In this document: piece after piece, positions 29,648-40,247 of the stretch
Layout: every line of letters begins with the position of its first letter
How positions within the stretch are numbered: the stretch's first letter is position 1
DNA from: Candidatus Poribacteria bacterium
Lineage (GTDB): Bacteria; Poribacteria; WGA-4E; PCPOR2b
Assembly: GCA_965218095.1 (NCBI GenBank)
Contig: OZ244587.1
Span: 672,001-736,000 of the forward strand
Length of the DNA: 64,000 nt
Direction of reading: 5' to 3'
Made by a program: the position numbers and the translations under genes
Notes under the pieces: model-generated
Told to the model about the DNA's origin: nothing
The model's input: only the letters and a program-made list of their open reading frames with translations
The model's database searches: none

Positions 29648-31156
29648 ATGAGACAGTAGATTTTTCTCACCTGTTGTTTGCTTTTCATGTCAATCGGAGG
29701 TGCCGTAGGGCAATGGGTGAAAATCGATCCGGCGGAGGTTGAGAAAATGATGCAGTTGCCGCAAGATGATTGGTTAAACCTAACACTGATGGGCACGAAA
29801 ATTGGGTATGCCCATATCTACATGGAAAAATTGCAATATGAGGGTGAGGACGCACTTCGCATCCGCACCGACATGGTGATGGAGCTTAAGCGTACCGGCA
29901 CAGGGTTAAGACTCGCCACAACGCGAGAGTCGTATGTCGGTATGAATCTCGTCCCCCGCTACTTTATTGCGACATCGAATGAGACGGGGCAGGAAAAACG
30001 TGTTGAAGGGAAAGTCAAAGATGGGGTTGCCTACTTGGAGACAGCGCTTGCGGGAAAAACGACCCAGGACCAGAAGCCCGTTTCAGCCGATACGATTTTT
30101 GAACAGATGATCGGTTACCTCTTTCTGCGACGTGGCATCCGGGTCGGTGATGCGCATACCTTGCACGTATTCAACATGGACCTCATGAAGCCCGTGAAAA
30201 CAGATGTCAAAGTCCGTCGAGAAGACCGGATCGAATTTGAAGGCCAGATGGCACCTGTCTACGTCATCGATTATACGATGGACATCATGGGGGGACTAAC
30301 AACGACCGAGTGGTTGGGGCACGATGGCACAACTTATCGGATGGAGGTCGGGCTGATGGGGCTGAAAATGGTCATGGCGAAGACCAATATGCAAACGGCG
30401 CTCGGTGAATCGGGAGAAGTTGACCTCATCCTGAACACAAAGATCTTCGCCCAGGGGGGACACCCAACTCCCCACGCGCGTCGTTTCAGAGCGCGTTTGC
30501 GGTTGACCGAGGGGAAATTGGACCAGGCAGTTATGACTGATACCCGCCAGAAGCTGAACCTTGATGATGACCCTCACAATGGAACACTGGAAATCAACGT
30601 TCCTGTGGTCAGTACGTCTAATGTCCCAAATCTGCCGATTCGCTTCCCGCGCGGTCATGAAGATCTGGGGAAATTCCTGAAATCGACTGTCTACATCCAG
30701 GCCAATCACTCGGCGATTCGGGCGAAAGCCGTTGAGGTTCTTGATGGGGAGATGAATGCCTGGAAATCCGCAGAGAAACTCTGCCGATGGGTACACGAAA
30801 GCATCCATGACAAAAACCTGAAGATTGGGTTCGGTTCGGCGCTGCAGACGCTGGAATCGCTGGAGGGGGATTGCACAGAACATACCGTCCTAATGATTGC
30901 AATGGCACGCTCTGTTGGCATCCCTGCGAGGGTTTGTGCAGGGCTTGTATTTCAACGAGATGCCTTCTATTATCATTTTTGGCCAGAAGTGTATGTGGGC
31001 GAGTGGGTAGCGATGGAGCCAACACTTGATCAAATCCAGGCCGATGCAAATCATATTCAACTCGCCGGCAGCGAGTTGGAATCCGATTCCATGCTGGAAT
31101 TCGGCGAAGGGGTTATGCGGACGCTGAATCAGCTTGAGATTGAGGTGATTGAGTGA
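29648..31156 (+). CDS. Transglutaminase-like domain exported protein; TAG in the probable signal peptide
   Basis: GDCTEH...RSVGIPAR...YHFWPEVYVGEWVAMEPT. ATG 29648 is in frame but is followed by TAG at 29657-29659, and the open frame restarts at 29678. Confidence 0.8.
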
Positions 31157-31259
31157 AATATCGTGTTTCACATTTTACGAAAGGACGTTCTATCTCACAA
31201 CAAGGATTACCATCGTTGAAATTACCACTCACCACTCTACCCCCATAGGGATTAACTTA

Positions 31260-31407
31260 ACGGATCTAGCACACCTCTACGCCCGCCGATGAATCAGCGG
31301 GCTACCACGCGGCGTCCGATGAATCGGACTTTCGAGGGCCTAAACCCGATTTATCGGGCGCGGTTCTTTAGCGCGGTGACCTCATCACCGCGCTAAACTT
31401 GATCCGT
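31260..31407. repeat. Multi-hairpin REP/MITE-like element
   Basis: Ends ACGGATC/GATCCGT enclose four hairpins: GCCCGCCGAT-GA-ATCAGCGGGC, GTCCGAT-GA-ATCGGAC, CCCGAT-TT-ATCGGG and TTTAGCGCGGTGA-CCTCA-TCACCGCGCTAAA. Confidence 0.7.
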
Positions 31408-31418
31408 ATGGAGGGTGA

Positions 31419-31847
31419 TCACCGGGGTGCACCCACATCCGCTCCCCGCATAAACTGCGCAAGTTCAGGGTAATTCTCACACTGTAGCCGTTTTTCTGTC
31501 CCCACTGCTTCCGAACCGCAGAAAATCTGTAGTTGCTTGGCGCAAACGGTCAAACCGTGAAGTGCCTTCCGCCGAGTTTCTGTCTCCGGGTCATCCAGCC
31601 AATCAGACAACGCCTCTGCAAAACCATCTCTCCACATCATCAGGGATTTGAAAAGGATAAATGTAGCGTCGTCGGGACGTGATGCGCGTAGTATCTCCAA
31701 TAACCGAGGAAAGGCGAGTTCTGGAAAACAGGCGAAGGCTTCAGCGAAAATTCCCTCCGACCAGATGGAATACCCACGTTTTTTGACTTCAGGCACAGGA
31801 CTTGGCTCAAGCGACAGCAACTGATCCACCTTTGACCATCCGCTCAC
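31419..31847 (-). pseudogene. Probable gene fragment (HEAT-like segment)
   Basis: 142-aa ORF without a clear start. LDDPETETRRKALHGL resembles a HEAT repeat. Confidence 0.3.
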
Positions 31848-32178
31848 TTTGCGGAGGAGAATTTCTGCGAGGTGTTAGGTAATTTGCAGTGACAGCTTTC
31901 GTATGCTTCCGGAGTTCCATTGTGGGGTAACTCCGACTTATTGATGGGGAAAAGACGTTGACGCTACTGATTGACTGTGGCAAAATCAGATCAGCATTAA
32001 AGTATAACCTGTCAAAGGTTAGGTTTCAAGGTGGGAGAATGACAATTGTAGAGCCTATCCGATTCTCGGACGAGCACTGCGAACTGGTTGGTAGGATGGT
32101 GGGAACAACTCCCGATTTCATCGAAGATTCTCGCAAAGCGAGACTGGCAGCATGCTCTACAGATTCGTCGATTCGTTG

Positions 32179-33366
32179 TTACGCAACCAGAAAATCTCCA
32201 AGGACCTCCCTTCGGGCAGGATGACGGAGTCGATCCAATGCCCTCGCCTCAAGCTGTCGAACCCGCTCTCTGGAGAGATGTAGTTTCGTTCCAATCTTCT
32301 GTAAGCTGTATTCCTCCCCATCTTCCAACCCATATCTCAGACAAACGATTTGCTTCTCGCGTAGCGGTAATGCGGCTAAGGCTGATTTTACCTCCTCCAC
32401 CAGGCTCCGCCGTATTGTTTCCGTTAGAGGCTCAAGCGTCTGTTCACACGCGACCAAATCCCCAAGTTCGCCCCTCGTTTCCTGACTCATGTACGCCTCC
32501 AACGATGTGGTATCGGCGACTAGTTGGTCTAATAGCAGAACGCGATCCACTGTGAGCCCCGCTGCATCGGCGATCTCTTCTGGGCTGGGTTCATAGTTCC
32601 CCTGTTGATGAAGCCTTTCCTCCGCTCGACTTACCCTCCGAATCTCATTGAGGAGATAAGCTGGGAGACGAATCATTCGCCCATGATTCGCAATGCCACA
32701 GCCAATTGCTTGCTGCATCCACCACGAAGCATACGCCCCAAATTTGACGCCGCGCTGCCAATCAAAGTGATCTACTGCGTGGAGGAGTCCGATGTTCGCT
32801 TCCTGGATGAGATCTAGCAAATCTAGTCCACGACGCTGGTATTTTTTGGCGACGCAGACCGCCAATCTTAAATTCGCCTCGACAACGCGGTTCTTAGCAG
32901 CGTGCATTTCTACACCCATGATCTTTATGTGCTGCGCGAGATCCAAAAGGTATGTTTCGGTAGAGGGTAGGAAGAGTTCAGCAGTAATTTTCTGATTCAA
33001 GATAGCAGTAGATGGCGGGTTTCCCAGGTCAATGTCGGTGAGATAAATTGACAATTCCTGATAAGCTGCATCAATTCGCACCCGACACTTTCCAATCTTG
33101 ATGAAAAGGTGCATTTCTTCTTCTTGAGTTAAACGTGGAATTTTTCCAATCTGGTGAAGGTAAGTCCTCAGTACGCTGTCTTCCTGATCTGAGTAGGAGG
33201 GTTCAAACGCTTCGACGCTATCGTTAGGGGCGTCTGGAAATTGGTCAGGCGACTCGTGCATTTCTATATCCGTTGGCGCAGAACGCAACTTCAGGACTGT
33301 CAAATCGTCAACGTGTGTTCCGGTAAAGTCTTTCATCCTTGTGATTTCATTTGTCTGCTGAACCAT
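32179..33366 (-). CDS. RNA polymerase sigma70-family factor (RpoD/RpoS-like, lacking region 1.1)
   Basis: YLHQIGKIPRLT, EANLRL, DLIQEANIGL, KFGAYASWW, RMIRLP and SRERVRQLE. Confidence 0.92.
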   Translation of the reverse strand: MVQQTNEITRMKDFTGTHVDDLTVLKLRSAPTDIEMHESPDQFPDAPNDSVEAFEPSYSDQEDSVLRTYLHQIGKIPRLTQEEEMHLFIKIGKCRVRIDAAYQELSIYLTDIDLGNPPSTAILNQKITAELFLPSTETYLLDLAQHIKIMGVEMHAAKNRVVEANLRLAVCVAKKYQRRGLDLLDLIQEANIGLLHAVDHFDWQRGVKFGAYASWWMQQAIGCGIANHGRMIRLPAYLLNEIRRVSRAEERLHQQGNYEPSPEEIADAAGLTVDRVLLLDQLVADTTSLEAYMSQETRGELGDLVACEQTLEPLTETIRRSLVEEVKSALAALPLREKQIVCLRYGLEDGEEYSLQKIGTKLHLSRERVRQLEARALDRLRHPARREVLGDFLVA

Positions 33367-33844
33367 TCTTGTTTCCTTCCAAAACTTCAATCTTGGTCTC
33401 TTATGATACACTTTAATTGCCTCACTTCATCTGGGCAATATATATGCCATATCACGAGAACGTGAAAAATTGGGAGGAAACGGGAAAGGGAAATCAGAAA
33501 ATAAAGCAACTGGAAAATGGGAAGGAAGGTCTTGGACTCTTGGTCTTTGACCGGAGGAAGAATGGAAGGAGAGGGGAAAAGGAAGGTGGACATTCGTTCC
33601 GGGGTTCGTCTGAGCCTTATGTTTCCCACATCACGCCAGCGTCACCTGAATGTGACAGTGTCACATGGAAATGACAGCAATAAAGAAAGTTCCTGCAACG
33701 CCTTGGAGAAACCTTTCAAAGGATTATTTCCCTCATTCTCTATAAGATAAACCGTCTTGAGTCAGTGATTGGTACACCCTCTACGGACATCGCATAGATG
33801 TTCTTGCTGCCACACTTTGCCTTTACTTCGGGGGGAGATAGGCT

Positions 33845-35281
33845 CTAAATCTGACTCAGGTCTCGCTGCAATCCCAGTTCATTAATCTTACGATGCAGCG
33901 ACTGGCGCCGAATACCGATCTGCTCTGCCGTGGCCTGAATGTTCCAGTGATTTTGCTTGAGTTTGTGTTCCAAGAAGATTCGTTCAAATCCCTGTGAGGC
34001 TTCCTTAATCGTTGTGGCGTCAAGTAAGCTGCGAAAATCTGTTTCCAGCAAATCACTATTGGCAACCGCCCCATCCGCCTTCGCACTTTCATCAAAGATT
34101 TCCGGGGCCAAATCACGTGTGGAGATCTGTTGACCTGTGCATGTGAGGACCGCATATTCGATTGCTTTTTCCAATTCCCGAACATTCCCTGGCCAATGAT
34201 ACCGCTCAAATGCAGAGAGCACCGCATCGTCAAAACCAAAGGTACGCTTCTGTTCGGGGGCGTGAGCATATTTGCGAAGGAAATGCCATGCCAACAACTC
34301 AATGTCTCCTTCGCGTTCACGCAAAGGCGGTAAAGCGATTATCGGCTTCAAACGATAATAGAGATCGCTGCGAAACTTTCCTGCCGCCACAGCTCCCCAA
34401 AGGTCACGATTGGTTGCAGCGATAATCCGAACGTCAACCTGTTGCACCTTCACCCCGACGCCCTGGATCTCTTTATAGTCCAGTACACGCAGCAATTTCG
34501 GCTGCATCTCCAGACTCAAGTCACCAATCTCATCAAGGAAAATGGTTCCGCCATGTGCCTGCTGAAATTTGCCCGGACGCTGGTCAACCGATGTTGCCAC
34601 CCGTCTCCCGATTCCGAATAGCTCTGCCTCAATTAATTCCGCTGGAATTGCGCTGCAATTAACGACCTCAAAGGGACCATCACAACGCGGGCTATGCTTA
34701 TGGATGGCGCGTGCGACAAAATCCTTTCCGGTGCCGCTTTCGCCGTAGAGTAAGACATCCGTTTCTGATCGCGCAACTCGCCCAACCGTTGTCATCACTT
34801 CAATCATGACAGGGCTTTTGCCGATAATTTCATAATCCCCCGCAGAACCTATATTGTCATCCTGAGAAAGGGACTCGTGGTTTTGTTGGCTCAACACCTC
34901 TTTGACGACTTCGATCAGATGGGTGTAGTTAATCGGCTTGCTGGTATAGTCATAAATCCCTAATCCACTTGCCTCAAGCGCAGTTTCCGAAGAACTGTTG
35001 GCAGTGATTACTATGGCTTGCGGTATGGGTTGTCTCTGCTTGCTCTGCTTAAGGACTTTTAGCCCGGCTTCTCTATCCAAAATGCCCTGCGCATCCGGCA
35101 TCCAGAGATCGACCAGAAGCAAATCATAAGGCGGATTTTCGTCTAACCGTGCGATTGCCGCATCCCGATTATAGGCAAAATCGACGGCAACATCAATCGA
35201 TGCCTCCATCTTGAGTTGCTTATCGATATATTTACAAGTCGCTTGTTCATCGTCTGCGATTAAAATTCGTGCGTGTTTCAT
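33845..35281 (-). CDS. NtrC-family response regulator (REC-AAA-Fis HTH)
   Basis: ILIADDE, VDLWMP, GESGTGKD, FLDEIGD, WPGNVREL and a C-terminal HTH. GAFTGA is replaced by RVATSV. Confidence 0.92.
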   Translation of the reverse strand: MKHARILIADDEQATCKYIDKQLKMEASIDVAVDFAYNRDAAIARLDENPPYDLLLVDLWMPDAQGILDREAGLKVLKQSKQRQPIPQAIVITANSSSETALEASGLGIYDYTSKPINYTHLIEVVKEVLSQQNHESLSQDDNIGSAGDYEIIGKSPVMIEVMTTVGRVARSETDVLLYGESGTGKDFVARAIHKHSPRCDGPFEVVNCSAIPAELIEAELFGIGRRVATSVDQRPGKFQQAHGGTIFLDEIGDLSLEMQPKLLRVLDYKEIQGVGVKVQQVDVRIIAATNRDLWGAVAAGKFRSDLYYRLKPIIALPPLREREGDIELLAWHFLRKYAHAPEQKRTFGFDDAVLSAFERYHWPGNVRELEKAIEYAVLTCTGQQISTRDLAPEIFDESAKADGAVANSDLLETDFRSLLDATTIKEASQGFERIFLEHKLKQNHWNIQATAEQIGIRRQSLHRKINELGLQRDLSQI

Positions 35282-35443
35282 GGTTCGTATCCGTTAATGC
35301 GTAATGCGTAAAATGTATTGCGTAAGAAAACGGCGGCGGCCAACGCGTCAATCAACTCAACGGTGTCGCATGCTCTACTCGCTGATCACAGGCGTGTTCA
35401 CCACTGTCGGAAATTTTGTACTTCTTGTAATAGACTCAATTGG

Positions 35444-37174
35444 GTGCGTTTCTGTGTAGCAAGATGTAATAGGGGTTAAAATCCCCTAACGATAACTTGC
35501 AATCGTTAGCCTCACCTTAACTGCGTTGCCTGAAAAGGCAAGGTGGAAAGCAAAGGGAAACAGCAAATGCCCGCGAGGGAATGTAGACCTTCAGAAGGCA
35601 TGTCAGGCTAGGAACGTCATGGCTAAAACGAAAGTTGAACTGATGTAAGCCTCGTTACTACAGAACAGGTGAATCTACGAGAGGGAAACTGAAGAAGTCC
35701 ATAACTACAGCCTGTAGACAAAAGTCAAAGTGGCAAGTGCAACGTCTCCGATTTACGTTGCCAATGGAAAGTGTCTAGATAATACACTCTTTAGCAAGTC
35801 GAATGCCATCGGGGTATAGTCAGAGCCTAAAACGCTCACGACGTACATCTTGTGAGAACAGGAAAGTCCCTAAGTTCCTGTCTCAGGAATAAGGGAAAGG
35901 AGATTCAATAGGCTTATTATTAAGCCAAGCCGAATCAGAGTCATGGTTTTGAAAGGATTCTGAAATAGGTTTACCGCTACGGAGATAATCAGGATAAAAC
36001 CTGTCCACCGAGCGGATTAGATATTATCTAATAACCTAAAGGAATCCCGACAAAGCGGTTGCAAGTGGTAATATAACCCAAGTTGCGACCTATTCATCGA
36101 ATATGTGAGTGAACTCAGAGCTGATTGATACTGCTAGCCAATACAAACAAGACCACTTTCAATTCAAATCCGTGTTGCGTTACTGCATGGATTGAACGTG
36201 GAAGCAGTTTGTTAATCAAACTGCCAGCCGTCTCAACAGACTTACGATGGTAATTAGCCAAGTAGGTCTCCCATGGTGGATACAGCCGCTTGGAATTCTT
36301 CTTGCGTACTAGCTTTAATTCGACTCCGACTGATGTAACAATATCTTCTATCTCATAATTATTGTATGCTTTGTCACCATAGCCCGGTGGCAAGTCGAAG
36401 TCAAACCACTGTAACCCTTCAACGTCCCCTGTACTGGCTGGGGTCACAAAAAATTCAACAGGGTGTCGACTCGCAGTCACTAGCAGATGAACTTTCAAGC
36501 CATAGAAATACCGACGTTTGGACGCTTGATAGCCTCGATATGCCTTATCGGTGTAGATTTTTGACCGACGAATGCGGAACAAACAGCAATTGGTATGGTA
36601 TCCAGTGCATAGATTTTCTGTTGATTAAGTTGCACATAGCTTCGTCCCAAGATTTTGAACAATGTGGTGAACATCGGTTTAATTCGATGAAGTCGTCGGT
36701 TGAATCGACTTTTTGAAAGCATCTTGGGTATATAGCCATGAGTCTTTAGAAAGTCACAAGTGGTTTGCAAGTTTGCCCCGAAGAACAACGCAGCGACGAT
36801 GCCGGTGGTCATCACTTCGGCATCAGACATCTGCGTTTGTGGGTGTGGTTTTGAGTTGAGTGCTTCTAAGAGCTTGTCACAGAGATAGAAAATGGTTACA
36901 ATTTGGATGTCCATGGGTTTCTCCTTTGAGGTATTATGGTTTGGATTACCTCTACTTTAACGGAAAACCCATGGATTTTCAATTACTAGCAACTTGGGTT
37001 AATATAATAACCTGTAAAGGAAGTCTAAGGGCAACGCAACCTATCGCAACCTTAGAACCCTCAAACCTTCTACAGTTTAATCGCCACTTATGACTGGGCA
37101 AGCCGTATGCGGTGAAAGTCGCACGTACGGTTTAGATGGGGGGAAAAACCCGCAAGAGTTCTACCTATCCATAC
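35444..37174 (+). ncRNA. ORF-less group II intron (IIB-like) carrying an IS982
   Basis: 5' GTGCG, domain V AAGCCGTATGCGGTGAAAGTCGCACGTACGGTTT, domain VI ending CTACCTATCCATAC. No RT ORF between the ends. Confidence 0.85.
36076..36999 (-). mobile_element. IS982-family element inside the intron; frameshifted transposase 36115-36914
   Basis: IR ACCCAAGTTGC / GCAACTTGGGT, 7-bp TSD TAATATA, motifs SKSRFNRR, YFYGLKVH and GDKAY. Confidence 0.9.
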
Positions 37175-37237
37175 AAATAAACCTCAATTGAGTCTTGAAA
37201 ACCTGTCCAGTAATGGCTCGGTGCGTTGGATAGTGTT

Positions 37238-39199
37238 TTAATTCCAATAAAGTTCAACGAAAAACGTCGTTCCGACGTCAACCTCGCTCTCCACCTCCAC
37301 CGTCCCACCATGCCCTTCGACGATGTTCTTCACATTGACCAGGCCAAGTCCCAATCCACGCGGTTTCGTTGTATAAAAAGGTTCAAAGATTCGATTGAGT
37401 TCGCCCACCGGGATGCCCACCCCTGTGTCCTTGACGATGGCAGTGACTTTGTTCTGTAGAGATGTTGCATGTTGGGTCTCTACGGCGATTTCCAGCGTTC
37501 CGCCCGACGACATCGCTTGACAAGCATTTTTTATCAGGTTCGTAAAGACAATTCGCATTTTGTCAGCATCGAGGGGAAGCATCGGAATTTTCTCCGGAAG
37601 ATTCAGCCGGACTTGAATCTGATTTTCATCGATCTCCGGTTGTATCATCTCCAACGCAGATTTCAAAATGGGTTCGAGTGCTTGTCGTTGGAGGTTCAGG
37701 TGCGTGTCTTGGAAAAAACTGAGTTCATTTTCGATCATTTCGTCGAGTTTCGTCACCCAGCGGATGATCTCGTCCATTTCACCAACAATCTCTTCGGGTT
37801 GATCTCTCAGATTCAGGGAGTCCTGTTTTTGGAAATTAACCCGAATCATCTCCGCAGGGGCGCGAATCAGGTTGAGAACGTTTCGTAATTCATGCTGTAC
37901 CCGTGCGGACATCACGCCAAACACTGCTTCCTTTTCGGCTTTAACAAGTCCCTCTTGCGTTGTTTGCAACTGCCAGAGCAAATGCCGCAGCCGAAGGTTC
38001 GCCAGAAGTAAGCTACTGACCACGCCACTGAGGAGCAATGCCAGGCTGGATCCGGTGGCTTCAATCCAAAGGTCGAAGAAAACGAACATCCCGCCGAGGA
38101 AAAGGAAGTGGCATAGGATCAGCCCGCTTCCGAAGAGCAGCATGAATCGGTAGCCGTGTCCGCTCCGGTAGATTAAGATTGTTGCCGCGGTGGAAAGGAT
38201 GGCTAGGCAAGCGACATAGAGGAGATTTCCCCTCCGGCTAAGTTGCCAGACAAAATCTCGATTCAACAGGCTGTTGAGCAGATTTGCGCGTAGATCAAGC
38301 GCCGACAGTTCACCCAAGGGTGTCGCTCTCTTGTTGACCCCTGCCGTCGTGGCCGTCGTGATACCAATCAATACGCACTTATCGTTGAATTCTTGCAGAA
38401 ATTGGGCGGTTTCGGTATCTGCCATCGACAGGGCATCGACAAAGGAAATGTGCTGAAACACCGCCTCGTCGCCTGCAAACCGAATGAATAATTGCCCCTG
38501 TGAGTCAATAGGAATACGGACCACCTCTCCCGCCGGCGAGTTGAATTCGAGATATTTTCCACTCCAAAATCCTTCTTGCAATTTTATTGACGTGGGAGAG
38601 ACACCATAGGTTTGGCACAGGATTGACATTGCGAAGGAGTAGCGGTAGGTATTTGTGTCACGGTCTTTTACGACAAGCTGGGCGAAGCGGGAGATACCAT
38701 AGGAATGATTCAAAGGGAAGTGACTAAAACTCACCCCCTGTGCCTGTGTTAAGTTGTAGGGTAAGGTGCGCCAATCGGTGACTTCTGGCAGGGCATGACG
38801 GTCTATGGCGTGGACACCGGAATAGGGTTGGATGACGAACAGTTTTTCACCAGGAAGCGGTTGTTCATCCTCCCACTCGCGGTTGAACCACGCAACTAAA
38901 CCAATTGCCTTCGGGTTCACCCGTTGCAGGGAGTTTACCAGAGTGGCGTACATGTGAGGACGCCACGGCAACGGATCAAGGTTCTCCTCGCTTTTGGCAT
39001 CGATCGTAATCAGCGCAATCTGAGAGGATATTTGCGGAGAACGAGGCGCAGTCCATTGTAGCCGGCCATCTAGTGTCTTCAGCTCGATAAACTCGAAGAT
39101 ATCCAGATCGCGTAGAAACCCGACCACTACGAATGGCAGCAGGCTCACGATGCCGATCAGGAGATATACTTTCTGAGATTGCGCTTGTCTTGGGAGCAT
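37238..39199 (-). CDS. CHASE2-domain sensor histidine kinase
   Basis: ELKTLD.R...IALITID...LPW.R CHASE2 pattern, TM helices, HELRN, NLIKNA, DTGVGI, FEPFYTTK and GLGLGL. Confidence 0.9.
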   Translation of the reverse strand: MLPRQAQSQKVYLLIGIVSLLPFVVVGFLRDLDIFEFIELKTLDGRLQWTAPRSPQISSQIALITIDAKSEENLDPLPWRPHMYATLVNSLQRVNPKAIGLVAWFNREWEDEQPLPGEKLFVIQPYSGVHAIDRHALPEVTDWRTLPYNLTQAQGVSFSHFPLNHSYGISRFAQLVVKDRDTNTYRYSFAMSILCQTYGVSPTSIKLQEGFWSGKYLEFNSPAGEVVRIPIDSQGQLFIRFAGDEAVFQHISFVDALSMADTETAQFLQEFNDKCVLIGITTATTAGVNKRATPLGELSALDLRANLLNSLLNRDFVWQLSRRGNLLYVACLAILSTAATILIYRSGHGYRFMLLFGSGLILCHFLFLGGMFVFFDLWIEATGSSLALLLSGVVSSLLLANLRLRHLLWQLQTTQEGLVKAEKEAVFGVMSARVQHELRNVLNLIRAPAEMIRVNFQKQDSLNLRDQPEEIVGEMDEIIRWVTKLDEMIENELSFFQDTHLNLQRQALEPILKSALEMIQPEIDENQIQVRLNLPEKIPMLPLDADKMRIVFTNLIKNACQAMSSGGTLEIAVETQHATSLQNKVTAIVKDTGVGIPVGELNRIFEPFYTTKPRGLGLGLVNVKNIVEGHGGTVEVESEVDVGTTFFVELYWN

Positions 39200-39268
39200 A
39201 AGGTTTCGTGAGGCGTAAAATGCGTAATCTCCTCATTTGCTCATGGACTCATTTCCCCTGTTTTCCTC

Positions 39269-40147
39269 TCACTGCTGGCTTCCTTGATACCACGCTGTCG
39301 TAAAATTCTGTTGAGGCGATTGGATCAGAACGGAAATCCAGACTGTATCCTTCTCTTGCTTTTTATACATCAACTGTTGGTTTGCGGCGATTTGTTCCGC
39401 ATTACCGAAGGAGATGCCGCTGTCAAAAACGATCAACAGTTCCCTCTTTTCGTTTGCGACGAGATCGACATCAATCCCAACGTGGCGGAGGAGTTGGGCG
39501 TACAACAGCGGTACATTGGGAGTTTCCACCTCAATCGCGTTGAGTCTACGGTAGAGCTTTCGAGCGCGATCGAGATTGGGACTCGGATATGAACGGTTTA
39601 CAGGATTTTCTTGCGCGGGAGAAACGAGCGGACGAGGAATCGAAGAAACTATCTCGTCACGAAGCGAATCGAGTTGACTGCGAAGATCTTCCAGGTCACG
39701 TTGGTTCACCTTGATCGTGTGTATCTTGTCAAAAGCCGAAACGCGACTTTCCGTTTTCGGTTTATTACCAACTGGCAGCACATCAATTGCGGGGCTGTCC
39801 TCAAAATTCTCATTAATGCGCTTTCCCTTTTTTGCGTTTTTGCGTTCAAGCCCTTCGTCGATTAACGTACGGACAAGTATCTCACGTCCACCTGAGAGTG
39901 TTGGCAGGTCAGTATCATTAGCTATTTTAAGCCGAATCAACGAGAAAGGAGGCATGCGCACCAGATCACTTGCGGTTAATGCTGCGTCCTTTTCCAGAAA
40001 GTGCCATTCCCCCTCGCCAGTTTTTAGAATTTCAATCTTACCAAAGGTAAATGTTGCTGTTGCCTCTCCCGATTTGGCGTACAAGGGGCACGCCAGCATC
40101 ATACAGAGTAAACAGATCATAAAGATTAGGGTTTTGTGTGTCATCAT
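39269..40147 (-). CDS. Exported hypothetical protein with FecR-like N-terminus
   Basis: Signal peptide and ATATFTFGKIEI...W..L...L...D.VR. The C-terminus resembles a degenerate copy of the transglutaminase-like tail of the upstream gene. Confidence 0.55.
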   Translation of the reverse strand: MMTHKTLIFMICLLCMMLACPLYAKSGEATATFTFGKIEILKTGEGEWHFLEKDAALTASDLVRMPPFSLIRLKIANDTDLPTLSGGREILVRTLIDEGLERKNAKKGKRINENFEDSPAIDVLPVGNKPKTESRVSAFDKIHTIKVNQRDLEDLRSQLDSLRDEIVSSIPRPLVSPAQENPVNRSYPSPNLDRARKLYRRLNAIEVETPNVPLLYAQLLRHVGIDVDLVANEKRELLIVFDSGISFGNAEQIAANQQLMYKKQEKDTVWISVLIQSPQQNFTTAWYQGSQQ

Positions 40148-40247
40148 TGATTTTCCTCCTAGTGTGACGTATTGCCTATTGCGTAAAGCGTAAAACGTGA
40201 ATGAACTGATGAACGCTTTGTCTCCTCTTTTACCGTCTACCTATTGC

